A stretch of DNA of 64,000 nt from positions 96,001 to 160,000 of IMG/VR virus record IMGVR_UViG_3300011008_000004; one strand, 5' to 3'. The translations under genes were made by a program, and so were the position numbers. Below the pieces are notes generated by a model, which saw nothing but the letters and a program-made list of their open reading frames with translations, was not told the origin of the DNA and did not search any database. Positions 31,883-43,944 of the stretch are shown here, piece after piece (the stretch's first letter is position 1; each line of letters opens with the position of its first letter). This DNA comes from a virus (lineage: Duplodnaviria; Caudoviricetes).

Positions 31883-34318
31883 TTATTGAATTAAACTTCT
31901 AACAACTATAGGCGCAATCTCAGTGCCAACATCACTATCTGTAACTTTAACTTTTAAAGTACCGTCTAATGCTGCCTATATAGCCAACAATATGTTAGTC
32001 CAATAATCTGCGCCGCCAGAATCAGTTGCTTTCTTACTAAATGGGTTTTCTTGTTCTTCTTCACCATTAACCGTAGATGATTCAGCCTTTTGCTGATCTA
32101 CTAATGATTGCTTAGTTCCTGTAGCATTAGAGTTAGAAACATAAGAAGCAGATGAAGTAGTTTGTTGAACTGCGTTACCGCTTGTGAATCCTCTAAAACC
32201 TTCACCTTTATTAGCAGATAAACCCCATTTGTTTAAGTTTAATGGGCCAGAGAATATATTACCAACAGCACCAACTAGTGAACCTAAAGCACTAAATCCA
32301 ACTACGCCAGTTTTAACTAAACTTTCTAATGACATGTTAAGATCTATAAAGTTACCCATTATACCGATAGCTGGAAGTTGAATACCACCAGTTATTTTCT
32401 CTAACATATCAGCAGCTTTATATATGCCATATGATGCTGCGCTATTAGCAACACCCATACCAATTCCCATAAATGTATTATCTAATACATTTTGAATTTG
32501 GGTAGATATATGATATCTAGATTTTGCTTGACCTAGTTGATACTGTAACTCAGTTATAGTGTCATTAGACGTCATCGCTTGATTGTATATGCTACTTATA
32601 GTACTTGATTTTAAATTCTAGAAAGCAGCCATATCGGCTATAGACACACCGAATAAATCTGCATAAGCTGATTTTACTACGTTATTATTTCCAGATGAAA
32701 TCTCTTGTACATATTCAATTAAGCTCTTTAATAATTTATTAGTGTCTGTAGAACTTAAACCACCTGTAAGTACATTACCGTAATTTAATCCTGCTCTATT
32801 AGCAGACATAACTAATAAATTTTGTAATGCAGCATTTCCACTTAATGCTTCTACATTACCTGTTCCTAAATAGTTGATTCCTTGAGCAATTGTCTGTAAT
32901 GTGCCAGTATCTACACCGACTGATCCTAATGAACCTAACCATTTTTGAACTATATATTCGAATTCAATTGATGCGTCTGAACTCATTTGAGCAGAAGTAC
33001 CAATTAATGTTTGTTGTACACTATCAAATGCGTTACTTAAATAACTAGTATCACCGAAATAGAAGTTAAACAATCTCGTTAAATTAGCTTCTAAACCTAA
33101 TCTTTGTGCAGTTGTATCAGATTGTTGAATACGAACTATCTGCAATAAACTTGCCTGTGTTGCATCGAATGTAGTTGCTACTTCTTCAGCGATTGTTCCT
33201 AAGAAAGCTCTTTGAGCTACATTAGTAGCTATACCTTCTTCAACTAATTCATTTAATTTAGTTAATAATTTATCATATCTAACGTATGGATTTGCAGCAG
33301 TATTTTGTTTATAAAGCTTATTTATTCCCTCATAAGTATAACCAGAATTTTGAAGTCTAGTAGTTATTGACGTAAAGTTTTGAGTATAAGTCTATAGATA
33401 ATCGTCTATAGAGTCCATAGCTTTATTCCAAGCCATAGCTCCTGCTAATTTTAAACTTGCGCCTAATTGACCAGCTATATTGCCATCTGCTTTTGCAGCA
33501 TCTCTAGCATCAGTTAATTTATCCGTGTTAAATTTACCATCAACAAATGTAGCATTCTTTTTTCTTTCAGCCTCTTCCTCTCTATAGGCTTCAGCTTTTT
33601 GCTTATTTGTTTCAGTAATAACCTAGCCGCTTGCTTTTTTCTCATCAGCAATCTATTTCTTTAATTGTGTTGCACGATCCTTATCTTTAGCTTTATTAGC
33701 ATCTTTAAGTTCTTCTTTTAATGCTTTTAATCTATCTTTGCTATCTTTCTTATATTTAGCATAAGCACTAGCATCTTGAGATAATGCTTTAGCATAATTT
33801 TTTAAAGCTTCTTTTTCAGCATCCTATTTAGCTTTTTCTCTAATAGCATCTGAGTGTTGCATTAAATTAACATAAGCTTTATAATTCTTACTTTTAACCT
33901 TAGCAACCTGAGCATCTAAAGCTATTTGCTCATTTATCATCGCTAAGTTATCGTTAGTATTATCTACTAATGCTTTCTTTTTTATGTTTTTACGTTCTTG
34001 CTCTAATCTATGTAAATTTATCTTCTCTCTAGCTAATTGAATATCAGCTAAATCTGATTCATACTTAGATATTGACGTTGCAACCTATTGTTCTAATTTC
34101 TACTTCTTAGCTACAAAATCAGCCTCTAACTTAGCTCTCTATTCAGCTGTTGCGCCATTTAATTTTGACTGTAATTTCTATTCTTCAATAGCTAGTCTCT
34201 TAGCTAAATCAAGTTCTTTAGCCTCTTTGTAAGCAACAGCGCTATCTACAGCTTTCTTATAGTTACTGTCTGAACCAGTGCCATTTACTACGTCATTCAC
34301 ATTTAAACTACCAGCCAT
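31883..34318 (-). CDS. Tape-measure-like protein (811 aa, many TAG=Gln)
   Basis: Ala/Lys/Gln-rich coiled-coil N-terminus and Gly/Ala-rich C-terminus; follows the tail chaperones; fragments 32618 and 31976 are in frame. Confidence 0.7.
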
Positions 34319-34333
34319 AGATATCTCCTTTTA

Positions 34334-34594
34334 TTATTTCTTCTTAATCGCTTTTTCCATCGCTTCATTTTGTCTAGTTATATCGCGATTTATAAACTCT
34401 ATTATATACTTTCGTTCAGTTGGTGTCATTAAACCGGTATCACTATAAGATATATTAGCATTTTTAGATATAAAATATCTATCTTCTACTAATTGCTTAA
34501 ATCTCATAGGACCATATGGCTTCTCTACGCCATTCTCATCTTTATACGTCTTTTGGTCTAAAAAATTCAGAGGAGAAACGAAAGGTTGTGGCAT
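34334..34594 (-). CDS. Small tail-assembly chaperone partner; start uncertain
   Basis: YFISKNANISYSDTGLMTPTERKY; overlaps the end of the upstream chaperone in another frame. Confidence 0.55.
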   Translation of the reverse strand: MPQPFVSPLNFLDQKTYKDENGVEKPYGPMRFKQLVEDRYFISKNANISYSDTGLMTPTERKYIIEFINRDITRQNEAMEKAIKKK

Positions 34595-35303
34595 AGTCTA
34601 ACCTACATCTAGGATTACTGCAAGTCTCTGTTATTGCGTTATTAATCCCCACCTGTAAATTTAATCTATCTAATGCATTCAAAATCTTATTAGTATCTTT
34701 CATGTTTAATTTCTTTAAGAAAGCATCTAATTTAAGATTATCATAGTGATTACCATCTACTAGTCTGATACCGTGTCTTAAATCAACTAAGAAATCAATG
34801 TTAACTTTACTACCTGGATTTCTATCCTTGAATTCATCAATTTCTTTATCTATCAAATCACATTCTCTTGGTGTTTTATACTTTAAAGTTAAAACATGAC
34901 CACTTTCAGGTAATTTAACTTCTAATAAATCATTAATTTCGTCTACATCTAATGCTAAAACTTGTAATTGATCTAAATTTAATTTAGATACGTTTATTTG
35001 TCCACAATAAGGACATATAGACTGATTTAAATAGTCATTGCCATATGTAATTACTCTTAATTTATATAATAAATATAAATAATCACCCATATGCATGTCA
35101 TAAGTAGACATTCCTATATCGTCTATTATACATCTATCTATAATATTACACAGCTACTTATATGGGGTCTCAGTATTAGATAATCTTAACATCTCCTCTT
35201 CAGTAGTCATAGATCTTAATTCAATAGTAGGAGTCTTTAATTCACTATAAAATTTACCTTTAGTAGGTAATGTTGCGCTCTCCGCTATAGTTATTCTATC
35301 CAT
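34542..35303 (-). CDS. Tail/baseplate assembly chaperone (T4 gp26-like, one TAG)
   Basis: LPTKGKFY..ELRSMTTEEE, LRVITYG, CPYCG, LPESG, FFRP; TAG at 35154. Confidence 0.7.
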
Positions 35304-35371
35304 TAAAATTCACCTCCCAGTGAACACATTATAATATATTATATTATACAAAATGTGCACTATAATAAAAA

Positions 35372-35403
35372 TGGTCATAGTGGCTTAGCAACCACTATGA
35401 CCA
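35372..35403 (-). terminator. Intrinsic terminator after the tail tube gene
   Basis: TGGTCATAGTGG-CTTAGCAA-CCACTATGACCA hairpin with a U-tract. Confidence 0.8.
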
Positions 35404-35436
35404 CTAATACGTATCATCAATTTATTGCGTTAATGA

Positions 35437-36024
35437 TTAATCAGGCATATGCATCTCGAACCAGTCAACAACCATTGTTGCTTTAACGGTCATAACATCT
35501 TCACTATCTGCAGCAAATCCATCTTGTGTAACTGTATTTACCCATGCACCTTTAATATCCCAGTGTCTAACTTCTTCATAATCTGGAGTATATTCATATA
35601 ATGTACAATCAAATTTATATTTTCTAGCACCAGCTATATAGTCATATCTTGAATTATACGCTAAATTTTCCCACGCTAATAAAGTATCTTTTACATTAGC
35701 ACCTATATAATCATATGCTTCTATGTTTATATCTGAGAATGTAGGTTTACCAGCAAATTTAATTTTAGAGTTTCCTCTATTTATTTCTACTTTTCCTAAT
35801 TCTACATTTGGAATATCACAATTCTTTAATGCTAAAATTATTTCTTCACTACCATCAGCTATAATATCATCTGTTTCAGTTGAACCATCTTCAGCACCAA
35901 CTCTTAATATATTTTTTAAGCCAGGAATAACTAAGTTAAAGTTATTTCTTCTTACTGGGTTATATTCAACAGTATTGTTAGAAATGTGATAAGCACCTTT
36001 ATTTAAACTTTCAGTAACTGACAT
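35437..36024 (-). CDS. Tail tube protein (gp19-like)
   Basis: RRNNF, IKFAGKPTF, W..GAW; downstream of the sheath gene; no TAG. Confidence 0.8.
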   Translation of the reverse strand: MSVTESLNKGAYHISNNTVEYNPVRRNNFNLVIPGLKNILRVGAEDGSTETDDIIADGSEEIILALKNCDIPNVELGKVEINRGNSKIKFAGKPTFSDINIEAYDYIGANVKDTLLAWENLAYNSRYDYIAGARKYKFDCTLYEYTPDYEEVRHWDIKGAWVNTVTQDGFAADSEDVMTVKATMVVDWFEMHMPD

Positions 36025-36043
36025 GTTTTATATCTCCCTAAAA

Positions 36044-37438
36044 TTAACCTTCAGTAATTGATGCTGAACCATTTTCTAAATTGATATAAATATCAAAATC
36101 TTCTACAGGTTCAATTGGAATTAGTCTAATTTTACAAGCGATTGTAGCTTTCTTATCTGTAGGAATTCTTACAAACTTGTAACCAGCTAATTTACCACTA
36201 GCAACCATTCTATCTAAAAGTTCTTGAATCTCTATTTTATAATTTGTCCAAGTAACATCATTATTACTTTCAAATGTATTATTTATAGATGCGTTATACG
36301 CTCTCTTAGCAATATCACAAACCATAAATCTTATACTTAAAAAAGATGTAGCTTTTAATCCTGTTCCTGGATTATTTTTAATTAATGTTCTATCACCCCA
36401 GATAGTCCAACCATAAGGTCTTACTTTACAAATGCCATTATAAGAAATGCCGTCAGATGTTTGAATATCATTATCTAAGGTGTACTTATTCATTTTAATT
36501 AAAGACGTGTTATAAATATCATTAACAACACCCCTTTGAACACCTGAAACACTATCCCATCTCTTATTAGCATTATTAGCTGCAGCTAATTTTACTAAAT
36601 AAGTATATGAACCAGGCATTGTGGTATTATAATCCCAATCTACGAATGAAGCGCCGTAAGATAAGAAATTACTGTTTAAATTTGCTAAACCTGATTTTAC
36701 AGTTATCATACTGTCTGAATCTTTAGTAGGATAATCAATTAGTGCTAAACAATCTTTTCTTACGCCACATATGTTTAAAAGCATTTCAGCTAAAGTACTA
36801 TCAAAACTTTGAGGTATAACTGCAGGAGCACCCATAGTTAAAATCTCTACATTATAAGCATTATAGTCTTTTAAGAAATCTAATTCAGTTGCGGCATACG
36901 CACCATCAGTTCTAATATAATAAATTACACCTAAACCTGCTTCTAGTAAATCTTTAGCATATTTATATGATTTATCATTTCCTTCTACTAAATATTTTTT
37001 AATATCAGCACCTTTAGGAATTACTAAACAATTATTTTCATCTACAGGATTTAATACAATGTATTTATATATTGTAAACGTTTTAGTCACGTAATTATAT
37101 ATAATTTTATATTTCAAATTACCACTAGTGCAATCTTTCTCGACATTAGCGTCTATATCTTCATCAATAGTGATTTCAGCTTTTGTTTTAGATATAACTA
37201 TTTTATCTGCGCCAACTTCTTTTATGTAATATGTAACATTTGGAACTACATTAGTATCTTTAAATGTAACATACTTTTTTGCATTATCGCCAGATCCTTC
37301 TGTATACTCTTCAACATCTAAACCTAAATCAGGTTGTGCAGATAACGCAGAACAATTTCCTGGAACAAACACATTTATTTCATCGCCATTGTAAGTTGAA
37401 CCAGTAGCGTCATTTTCGTATATAGTAATTTTAGGCAT
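36044..37438 (-). CDS. Contractile tail sheath protein
   Basis: RKDCLALID, SGVQRG, IWGDRTL, FESNNDVTW, PIEPVEDF; no TAG. Confidence 0.88.
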   Translation of the reverse strand: MPKITIYENDATGSTYNGDEINVFVPGNCSALSAQPDLGLDVEEYTEGSGDNAKKYVTFKDTNVVPNVTYYIKEVGADKIVISKTKAEITIDEDIDANVEKDCTSGNLKYKIIYNYVTKTFTIYKYIVLNPVDENNCLVIPKGADIKKYLVEGNDKSYKYAKDLLEAGLGVIYYIRTDGAYAATELDFLKDYNAYNVEILTMGAPAVIPQSFDSTLAEMLLNICGVRKDCLALIDYPTKDSDSMITVKSGLANLNSNFLSYGASFVDWDYNTTMPGSYTYLVKLAAANNANKRWDSVSGVQRGVVNDIYNTSLIKMNKYTLDNDIQTSDGISYNGICKVRPYGWTIWGDRTLIKNNPGTGLKATSFLSIRFMVCDIAKRAYNASINNTFESNNDVTWTNYKIEIQELLDRMVASGKLAGYKFVRIPTDKKATIACKIRLIPIEPVEDFDIYINLENGSASITEG

Positions 37439-37462
37439 TTAAAATTCTCCTTAAATCTCTTC

Positions 37463-38116
37463 TTATTTCAAAATATCGAACCATTCAGAATCATCACTAA
37501 ATGACGGCTGTTTGTTCGCTAAGTCTTTATTCGCTTCTATACCCGTTAACTCAACTTTCTTAGTATGCTTCGTATTATATGAATATAATTGAGCATCTTG
37601 TAATGTAAACTTAAGTGTAAATCTATAAAATTGAGTAGGTATCAATCTTTCAGGTATGTCAGAATTGTCTGATATACTTTCTCTTAATTCCATAAAACTT
37701 GTATGACATAATTTAGAATCATTATATGGAATTTCTATAGTCACTTTTGGGTGATTTATTATACTAAACACGAAATTTCTTGCATATTCATCCGCCTCTT
37801 CAAAAAACTTCGTATATATATCTATCTTATAATTTAACTGAATTGGCACATGATTTAAATGATCTATAGCTTCTTTATTGCCTGTAAAAGATCTTCCTTC
37901 AAATTCGGCCATACGCTTATTTGTTAAAATTAAAGGTATGTCTCTTTCTCTGCTAATAGCTATCATTGGTAAACTTATAGGTTTATCATTGCCTTTATCA
38001 GCTCTAATCTATAATAATTTAGCTGTCTAGTCAGGCGCTAGAACACACATATTCGGGTCCTAAACCCAATTCTATATCTTATCAGTTATAGCTTTATCAT
38101 ACAGTCTAATTGACAT
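37463..38116 (-). CDS. Tail terminator/completion protein (4 N-terminal TAG)
   Basis: MSIRLYDKAITDKI..., LPMIAISR, PIQLNYKIDIYT; upstream of the sheath gene. Confidence 0.6.
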
Positions 38117-38531
38117 GATTTGTCATCTCCCACAATTCATATAAACTCTATAACTTATTTTCAAAATATTTTATCATCTTATCTATAATAGGATAAGCTT
38201 TCTAATCTAATGTTCCAAAATTTATAATAGAAGCTAATTGATAATAACTTATATTAGAATTAGTATATTTAGCTCTATCATCACAATAAATTGAGTAGCC
38301 TTCATAATCTTGTCTATATGTTAAATTATTAGCGTAACCTATCAAAATATCTCTTATAGTTGGTGGTTTTTGCCAACCAAAATTATTCTCTAAAAAATAT
38401 GTTTGCCACTTTACGTCTTCTTTAAAATCATATATAGAATTATCTTTTACATATTCCTATATGTTTTTTATAACATAATTTATATAAGGTATTAAATCAT
38501 CTTGTGGTTTACATAATATCTATAAAAACAT
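38097..38531 (-). CDS. Hypothetical protein (TAG=Gln)
   Basis: Fills an ORF-track gap; open only with TAG readthrough; coupled to neighbours. Confidence 0.55.
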
Positions 38532-39337
38532 TAAGGTCTCACATTAATAGGTATTACACTTAGTTGAGAAACAATCTCATCAGCTGCATCTTTTATATCA
38601 CTAGCTTTAGCATTTAGTAATCTCTTTAAAAGTCGCTAATCTTTAACTAATACCTCTATAGCTAATTTATACTACTCATACTTTTGACTATAATTAACTT
38701 TACTATCACTTAATAATTCTTTAATAGCTTCTTTAACTAAATTACCATTAGTATCATTTACATCATAGTTTATTGCATTAAACTTCTAACTATCTATAGA
38801 TTTTAAAAATGATATTACGGATGCCTCTCCGCCGCTCTTACTCTACCATTCACTTAGAAGTCTTTTTATAGTCTCATCATTTGTAGCTTCTAAAACTTTA
38901 CTAATAAGTTTATCTGGATTATCACCAAATCTTGTAGCTTGTTTAGAAGATAGAAAAGCTAATGCTTTTAACTTATAATCAGACGTATAAGCTTCAGGTT
39001 TATATAGCCACTCATTGTCTGCTTTAACATCTTCATTTTTAAAAAAATTCTAAATTAATTTTATTCTATCACTGTTAAGATTCTAATAAACCGGTTTACA
39101 GTTTAAACTAAATAATAAAAATTTATTATAAGTTGTATCAAAACCATCATTAAGTAATGAATGAAATATTGAAGCATAATATGGAGAATTTTCATCAAAC
39201 ATCTAATGACTATCCGCAAACGATCTCATTATAGTTGTTATATATTTCGCTATTTCTTTAGTATTATTGCTAGCTTTTAATTCGTCAAACTTTCTTTGAT
39301 ATGTAGGCGTTAAAATTGATCTATTTAAATAATCCAT
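38531..39337 (-). CDS. Hypothetical protein (268 aa, TAG=Gln)
   Basis: ATG 39337 overlaps the upstream TAA; the frame is interrupted only by TAGs until TAA 38531. Confidence 0.55.
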
Positions 39338-39855
39338 TAGTCTTCATCATCCTCATCATCATGCAATAACTTAAAATCATTTTGCTTAAAATATAAAGTA
39401 TCATTTGGTAAAGTATCTTCATATTCTGGAACACAATAACAGGTTATAGATGCAGGATACATTATTCCTACTTTCATCTTATCTACTCTGAATAATCTTC
39501 CAGGCGCATTATCAATACCACTCGGTATAACAAATAAAGCACCACTTTGAATATCACATAAGTCATATGGAACATCTATTAAAGATGCTTCAATTTGTTG
39601 TTCTGCATTCCACCCAAGCTTTTTCATAGTGTATTGATCAGGATGATCATTAAATAGACAACCAGTGATTATCGGTTCTTCAAAGTTTTCTTCTAATTCA
39701 CCCCAAGTAGTATAATGTTTTCCAGGCTTAGGTCTATAATAAACTAATTGAACACCATGAAGTTTTATCATTTCTTCAAAGTATTTTCTAAATAGTTTTA
39801 TATCTTTTTCATGTATTAAGGAGCCAAATTTTTGATTTTCTGGTAATTGTATCAT
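39337..39855 (-). CDS. Neck/head-closure protein (gp14-like)
   Basis: FEEMIKLHGVQLVYY, MKKLGW, LFRV; position in the head-tail joining region. Confidence 0.55.
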   Translation of the reverse strand: MIQLPENQKFGSLIHEKDIKLFRKYFEEMIKLHGVQLVYYRPKPGKHYTTWGELEENFEEPIITGCLFNDHPDQYTMKKLGWNAEQQIEASLIDVPYDLCDIQSGALFVIPSGIDNAPGRLFRVDKMKVGIMYPASITCYCVPEYEDTLPNDTLYFKQNDFKLLHDDEDDED

Positions 39856-39873
39856 TTTAACTCCTCTTGCTTA

Positions 39874-40392
39874 TTAATCTTTAAAATCTAAGTGTTCACC
39901 CCTAGATTCAATACCTTTCTTACATCTATCGCAAATATAACCCATATCTTTTTCTTTATGCAATTCTTCTTCTGGATATTTTTCACCACACCAAGCACAA
40001 GTAGCCATATCATAAAGATTTATATCATCATCTTCTTCGTCTACACTGAAGTGATCATCTTCTTCAATTTCATCATCGTCTAATAAATCTTCATCTTCTC
40101 TAGCTTTGTCTACATAGATCATATATTTATTATATAAATCATCTATGAATTCTGAAGTTTCATCGCCTTTCAATAAGCCATAATTATCTAATTTTTCTTT
40201 AAAAGCTTCTTCATTAAATTCATCTAAAACTTCATTATTATAAAAATCTTCTAAAGCCATATCAGTCATTAAGCCATCATAGTCAATTTCATCATCAACT
40301 ATATCGTCTAAATTGCTCATTTCATCATCTTCTATTGCTTCAGTGACCTCTTCAGCATTCAAGATCTTCATAATCTTTTCATAATTAGTCAT
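39874..40392 (-). CDS. Acidic protein with a C-terminal zinc finger
   Basis: Very D/E-rich; CAWCGE...CDRC. Confidence 0.6.
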   Translation of the reverse strand: MTNYEKIMKILNAEEVTEAIEDDEMSNLDDIVDDEIDYDGLMTDMALEDFYNNEVLDEFNEEAFKEKLDNYGLLKGDETSEFIDDLYNKYMIYVDKAREDEDLLDDDEIEEDDHFSVDEEDDDINLYDMATCAWCGEKYPEEELHKEKDMGYICDRCKKGIESRGEHLDFKD

Positions 40393-40394
40393 CT

Positions 40395-41216
40395 TTATTC
40401 CTCACCATTCTAATCATCTAGGTCATCTAATGACATCTAATTAGGATCTGGTTTTATCTTTTTCTAATAACGATACGTATTACCTGGTTTAAATTGAGTT
40501 CTAGTTCTTCCATATTCATTTGATGTATCAATATCAGACTTACTAGTATCTAAAGTATCTTTATTATCTAAATCGTCTATGCTTAATTGAACAGGTTCTT
40601 CATATTTCTTTCCAAACACTGCAGGATATATAACATCTGCGTATTGTTTGAATCTATTTTGTTCAAACCAGTGTATATAGTTATTTATAACACTTGCAAC
40701 TTTTATTAAAAAACTAGTATTAGATAATACTAGTGCCGTGTGCTTACAGCAAGGTCCTAAATCATTATTAGGATTAGTTATCTTTGCAGGTCTATTTTCT
40801 TTTGGTCCTGTAATAATATCACTTACAGACTGCCAGTACGCGAAACGATATTTAGCATCAGGACAATTACATCTAATATAGACATTATCACTATTAAAAG
40901 CATTCATTAAAGCTCTTAAAATGGACTTTAATTCTAATTTATCGTTATTCTACTTAACTTCTCTTTTAATCTCATCTAAAACAGATCCAAAAGAAATTGT
41001 TACTAAATAATCATCTGTTTCACCAACTACTGGGATAGATACGGTTAGAATATTCTTTCTAAATAACTAATCCATATCTATCTCATTGAACGATCTTACA
41101 GTATTTGCAACTCTTGATCTAGTCCTCTTTTCATAACGACTTAAACCATCTTTTTCTTTTTTACCTCTTTTAGATTTAGAAATGAGTTCACTTCTTCTAT
41201 CTTCTAAAATAATCAT
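40395..41216 (-). CDS. SWIM-type zinc-finger protein (273 aa, TAG=Gln)
   Basis: CNCPD...CCKH motif; frame open from ATG 41216 to TAA 40395 with TAG readthrough. Confidence 0.7.
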
Positions 41217-41240
41217 TTACGAACTCATCTCCCTCTAAAA

Positions 41241-42554
41241 TTATTTGCTTATAGTACCGTATAACTTAGTAGATTTTCCAGTCTTTTCATCTTTAGCTCT
41301 ATAGTTATATGTAAACTTTTCAATAATTAATTTCTTTTCATTTAAAGTTCCAGTTAAAGTAAATGCTCTCTTATTTTTAGCAAATTGTAAATTTTCACCA
41401 AGTAATTTAACTTTACCACTCTTTGTTACAAAGGCTTCATTGAATTTGAAACTTGTATTTACTTTTTTACCAGATTTAAATGTTAACTCACCATCTAATG
41501 TGATATCTGATTCATTTAATTTACAAGCAGTTGATTTGAAAGATTGAACATTGTCATAAACTCTTGTAAAATATTGTTCTCCAAGTTCATTTAAATCGTC
41601 ATCATTGATTTCATCAAAATCTAAATCAGCATCCTCTTCATCTTCTACATCTAAAGCTACTTGGCCATCATCTTCTTCTTTATTTATAATCTTATCTTTC
41701 TCATCAGCAGATAGAGGTTTAATAACTTCAGCTTCTACTTCAGCTTCAGGAACATTTTCATTTTTAATAGGTTCAGTAGTTACTGTTACTTTACCATTTT
41801 CATCTGAAGTCATTTCCATATGTGTATCATCAGTTGTTATAGAAACATCTTTAAAATCTTCCTCTAAAGATTCTTCTTTCTTTGCAGCTCTAAGAACTTT
41901 CATTACTTTTTCGTAATTTGTTTCCTCTTTAAGTTCTTCTTCATCTTCTTTATCTTCGCCACACTCTTCTTTTACTGCGTCACATTCATCAATAACTTCT
42001 TCATCTTCTTTGCATTCACAAGGATTTTTGCCACATTCAGGACAAACTTCTTCCTTAGCTTCAGTTAAAGATTCATTAACTTCAATATTTGCATCTACGT
42101 CAATATTATCAATATCTTTTTCGCCATGAACTATTTCTGCTCTTTCTTCTTTTTCAGCATCAACTACTTCTGGTTCTTCTTTAACTTCAGATTCTTCTTT
42201 AGCTTCTTCAGTTTTATAAGGAGCTACTACACCGACAACCTTATAACCCATATCATTGTGACAATAGCAGCACTCTTCGCCAACGTTAGCTAAATCATTG
42301 CCTTCTTCAATTACAACATTCTTAGGTTCTTTGAAAAAATGTGATTTACAAACATCGCATTGAAGAATAACCTTGCCTTCATATGAATCTTGTAAGTCTT
42401 CCTCATTTTCAGCGTCAGCATCATATACGATGATTTCATCATCAATATCTGATTTCATAAAATCCTTTAATTTGTTAAAGCCTTCACTATCGGTTGGGAA
42501 TAAATCTTCATCGATTATATTTAATTCTTTAAAGGCTTCAGTTAAATAAGACAT
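41241..42554 (-). CDS. Acidic putative head-internal/core protein
   Basis: E/D-rich with several L-x-E motifs and Cys clusters; no TAG. Confidence 0.6.
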   Translation of the reverse strand: MSYLTEAFKELNIIDEDLFPTDSEGFNKLKDFMKSDIDDEIIVYDADAENEEDLQDSYEGKVILQCDVCKSHFFKEPKNVVIEEGNDLANVGEECCYCHNDMGYKVVGVVAPYKTEEAKEESEVKEEPEVVDAEKEERAEIVHGEKDIDNIDVDANIEVNESLTEAKEEVCPECGKNPCECKEDEEVIDECDAVKEECGEDKEDEEELKEETNYEKVMKVLRAAKKEESLEEDFKDVSITTDDTHMEMTSDENGKVTVTTEPIKNENVPEAEVEAEVIKPLSADEKDKIINKEEDDGQVALDVEDEEDADLDFDEINDDDLNELGEQYFTRVYDNVQSFKSTACKLNESDITLDGELTFKSGKKVNTSFKFNEAFVTKSGKVKLLGENLQFAKNKRAFTLTGTLNEKKLIIEKFTYNYRAKDEKTGKSTKLYGTISK

Positions 42555-42656
42555 ATTTATCTCCTTTTATCTTACACAACCTACATAGTACATAGGCTTT
42601 AAATTCTTTTTAACTATATTTTATATTTATACAAAATTATATATTTATATATAATT

Positions 42657-43931
42657 TTATTTATTATTTGGATTATTTTCACAAGTAGCGCAATCTCTAT
42701 CATCATCATCACTAGAACAATATATACTATCATTATAAATGCAATTATCATTCTCATGAGTATCATTAGAAACTGTTTCATTCATTTTTATGCCATTAGC
42801 GATATCATCTTCATCGGCCGCATAAGCTATAGGTTCACCTAAATTATTTAATTCAGCAAAATCTTCTGCTTCTGCATATCCATCAAATATAGCTACTTTA
42901 CCATTAACTTTAAATAAACCTTTATTAGTCTCTAAAACATAATAGTCTTCGTTTAGAGATTCATCAACTTCTTCGTATGTTTCATCATCGTATTCATCGT
43001 CTTCTTCACCAGGAACACCATAATCATTATCAAGATCTTCGCCATATTGTTCAAGCCAATCATATAATAATCTATCTAATTCATTATAAGCATCTCTATT
43101 TAAACCATAAATAGAAACACCATAAGGACTTACATCTATACTAGATGAACAATCATCTATACTTCCTTGAAATGAAATTTCCCATGAACCAATTTCCCAC
43201 TGTAAATCTCTATAACTTATATCATCATTGTCTAAATGAGCTTTTACATTTTCAGGAAGAGAAATTTCTAAATCATACTCAGGTTGATTATCTTCAAGTT
43301 CTGAATAATCGTAATCTCTTGAATCTATTTCATTCTTATCAACCATAGTATCTGGATTATCGATAATATAATCAACTAACTTATTGCTTATATCTTCTAA
43401 AGCATTAGTATAGTCATCGTCTGTCAAACCTTTAGCTGAAATAGCTTCAAAATCATCACGTAAATCAGCGTCACTATCCATTAAGTATTGAGCTGAAGAA
43501 CCGCATGTTTCTAAGCCATAGCCTTCATAGAATATATCACCATCATTCTAGTCTCTATACATGATTCTCATCATTGCACGAACTAACTCACCGGCCACTG
43601 TATCAGCAGCACCTGAATCAGGAACTAATTCATCAAATAATGCTTGAAGTTTATCTTCTGCTCTGTCTACTTTATCTAAAATAGGTTTTATTCTTAACTT
43701 TAATTCAGCTATTCTTTTAGCCTCAGCTTCCTCTGCGGCTTTCTTATCAGCTTCAGCTTTTTTCTTACTTAATATGTCTTTGAAATCAACTGAATCTGGA
43801 TTAAATAATTTATCTTTAGGAATAGTTGCATCAATGTCATCTTCATTTATAACATCTGCAAAATCACCACTATCTTCATTTATAATTCCAAATTTTCTTT
43901 CAAATGATTCGTTAATATTTACTAAACTCAT
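42657..43931 (-). CDS. Acidic hypothetical protein (424 aa, one TAG at 43548)
   Basis: The two ORF-track pieces are in frame, joined by YRD[TAG]NDGDIFYEGYGLETCG. Confidence 0.65.
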
Positions 43932-43944
43932 TATATTAAACCTC

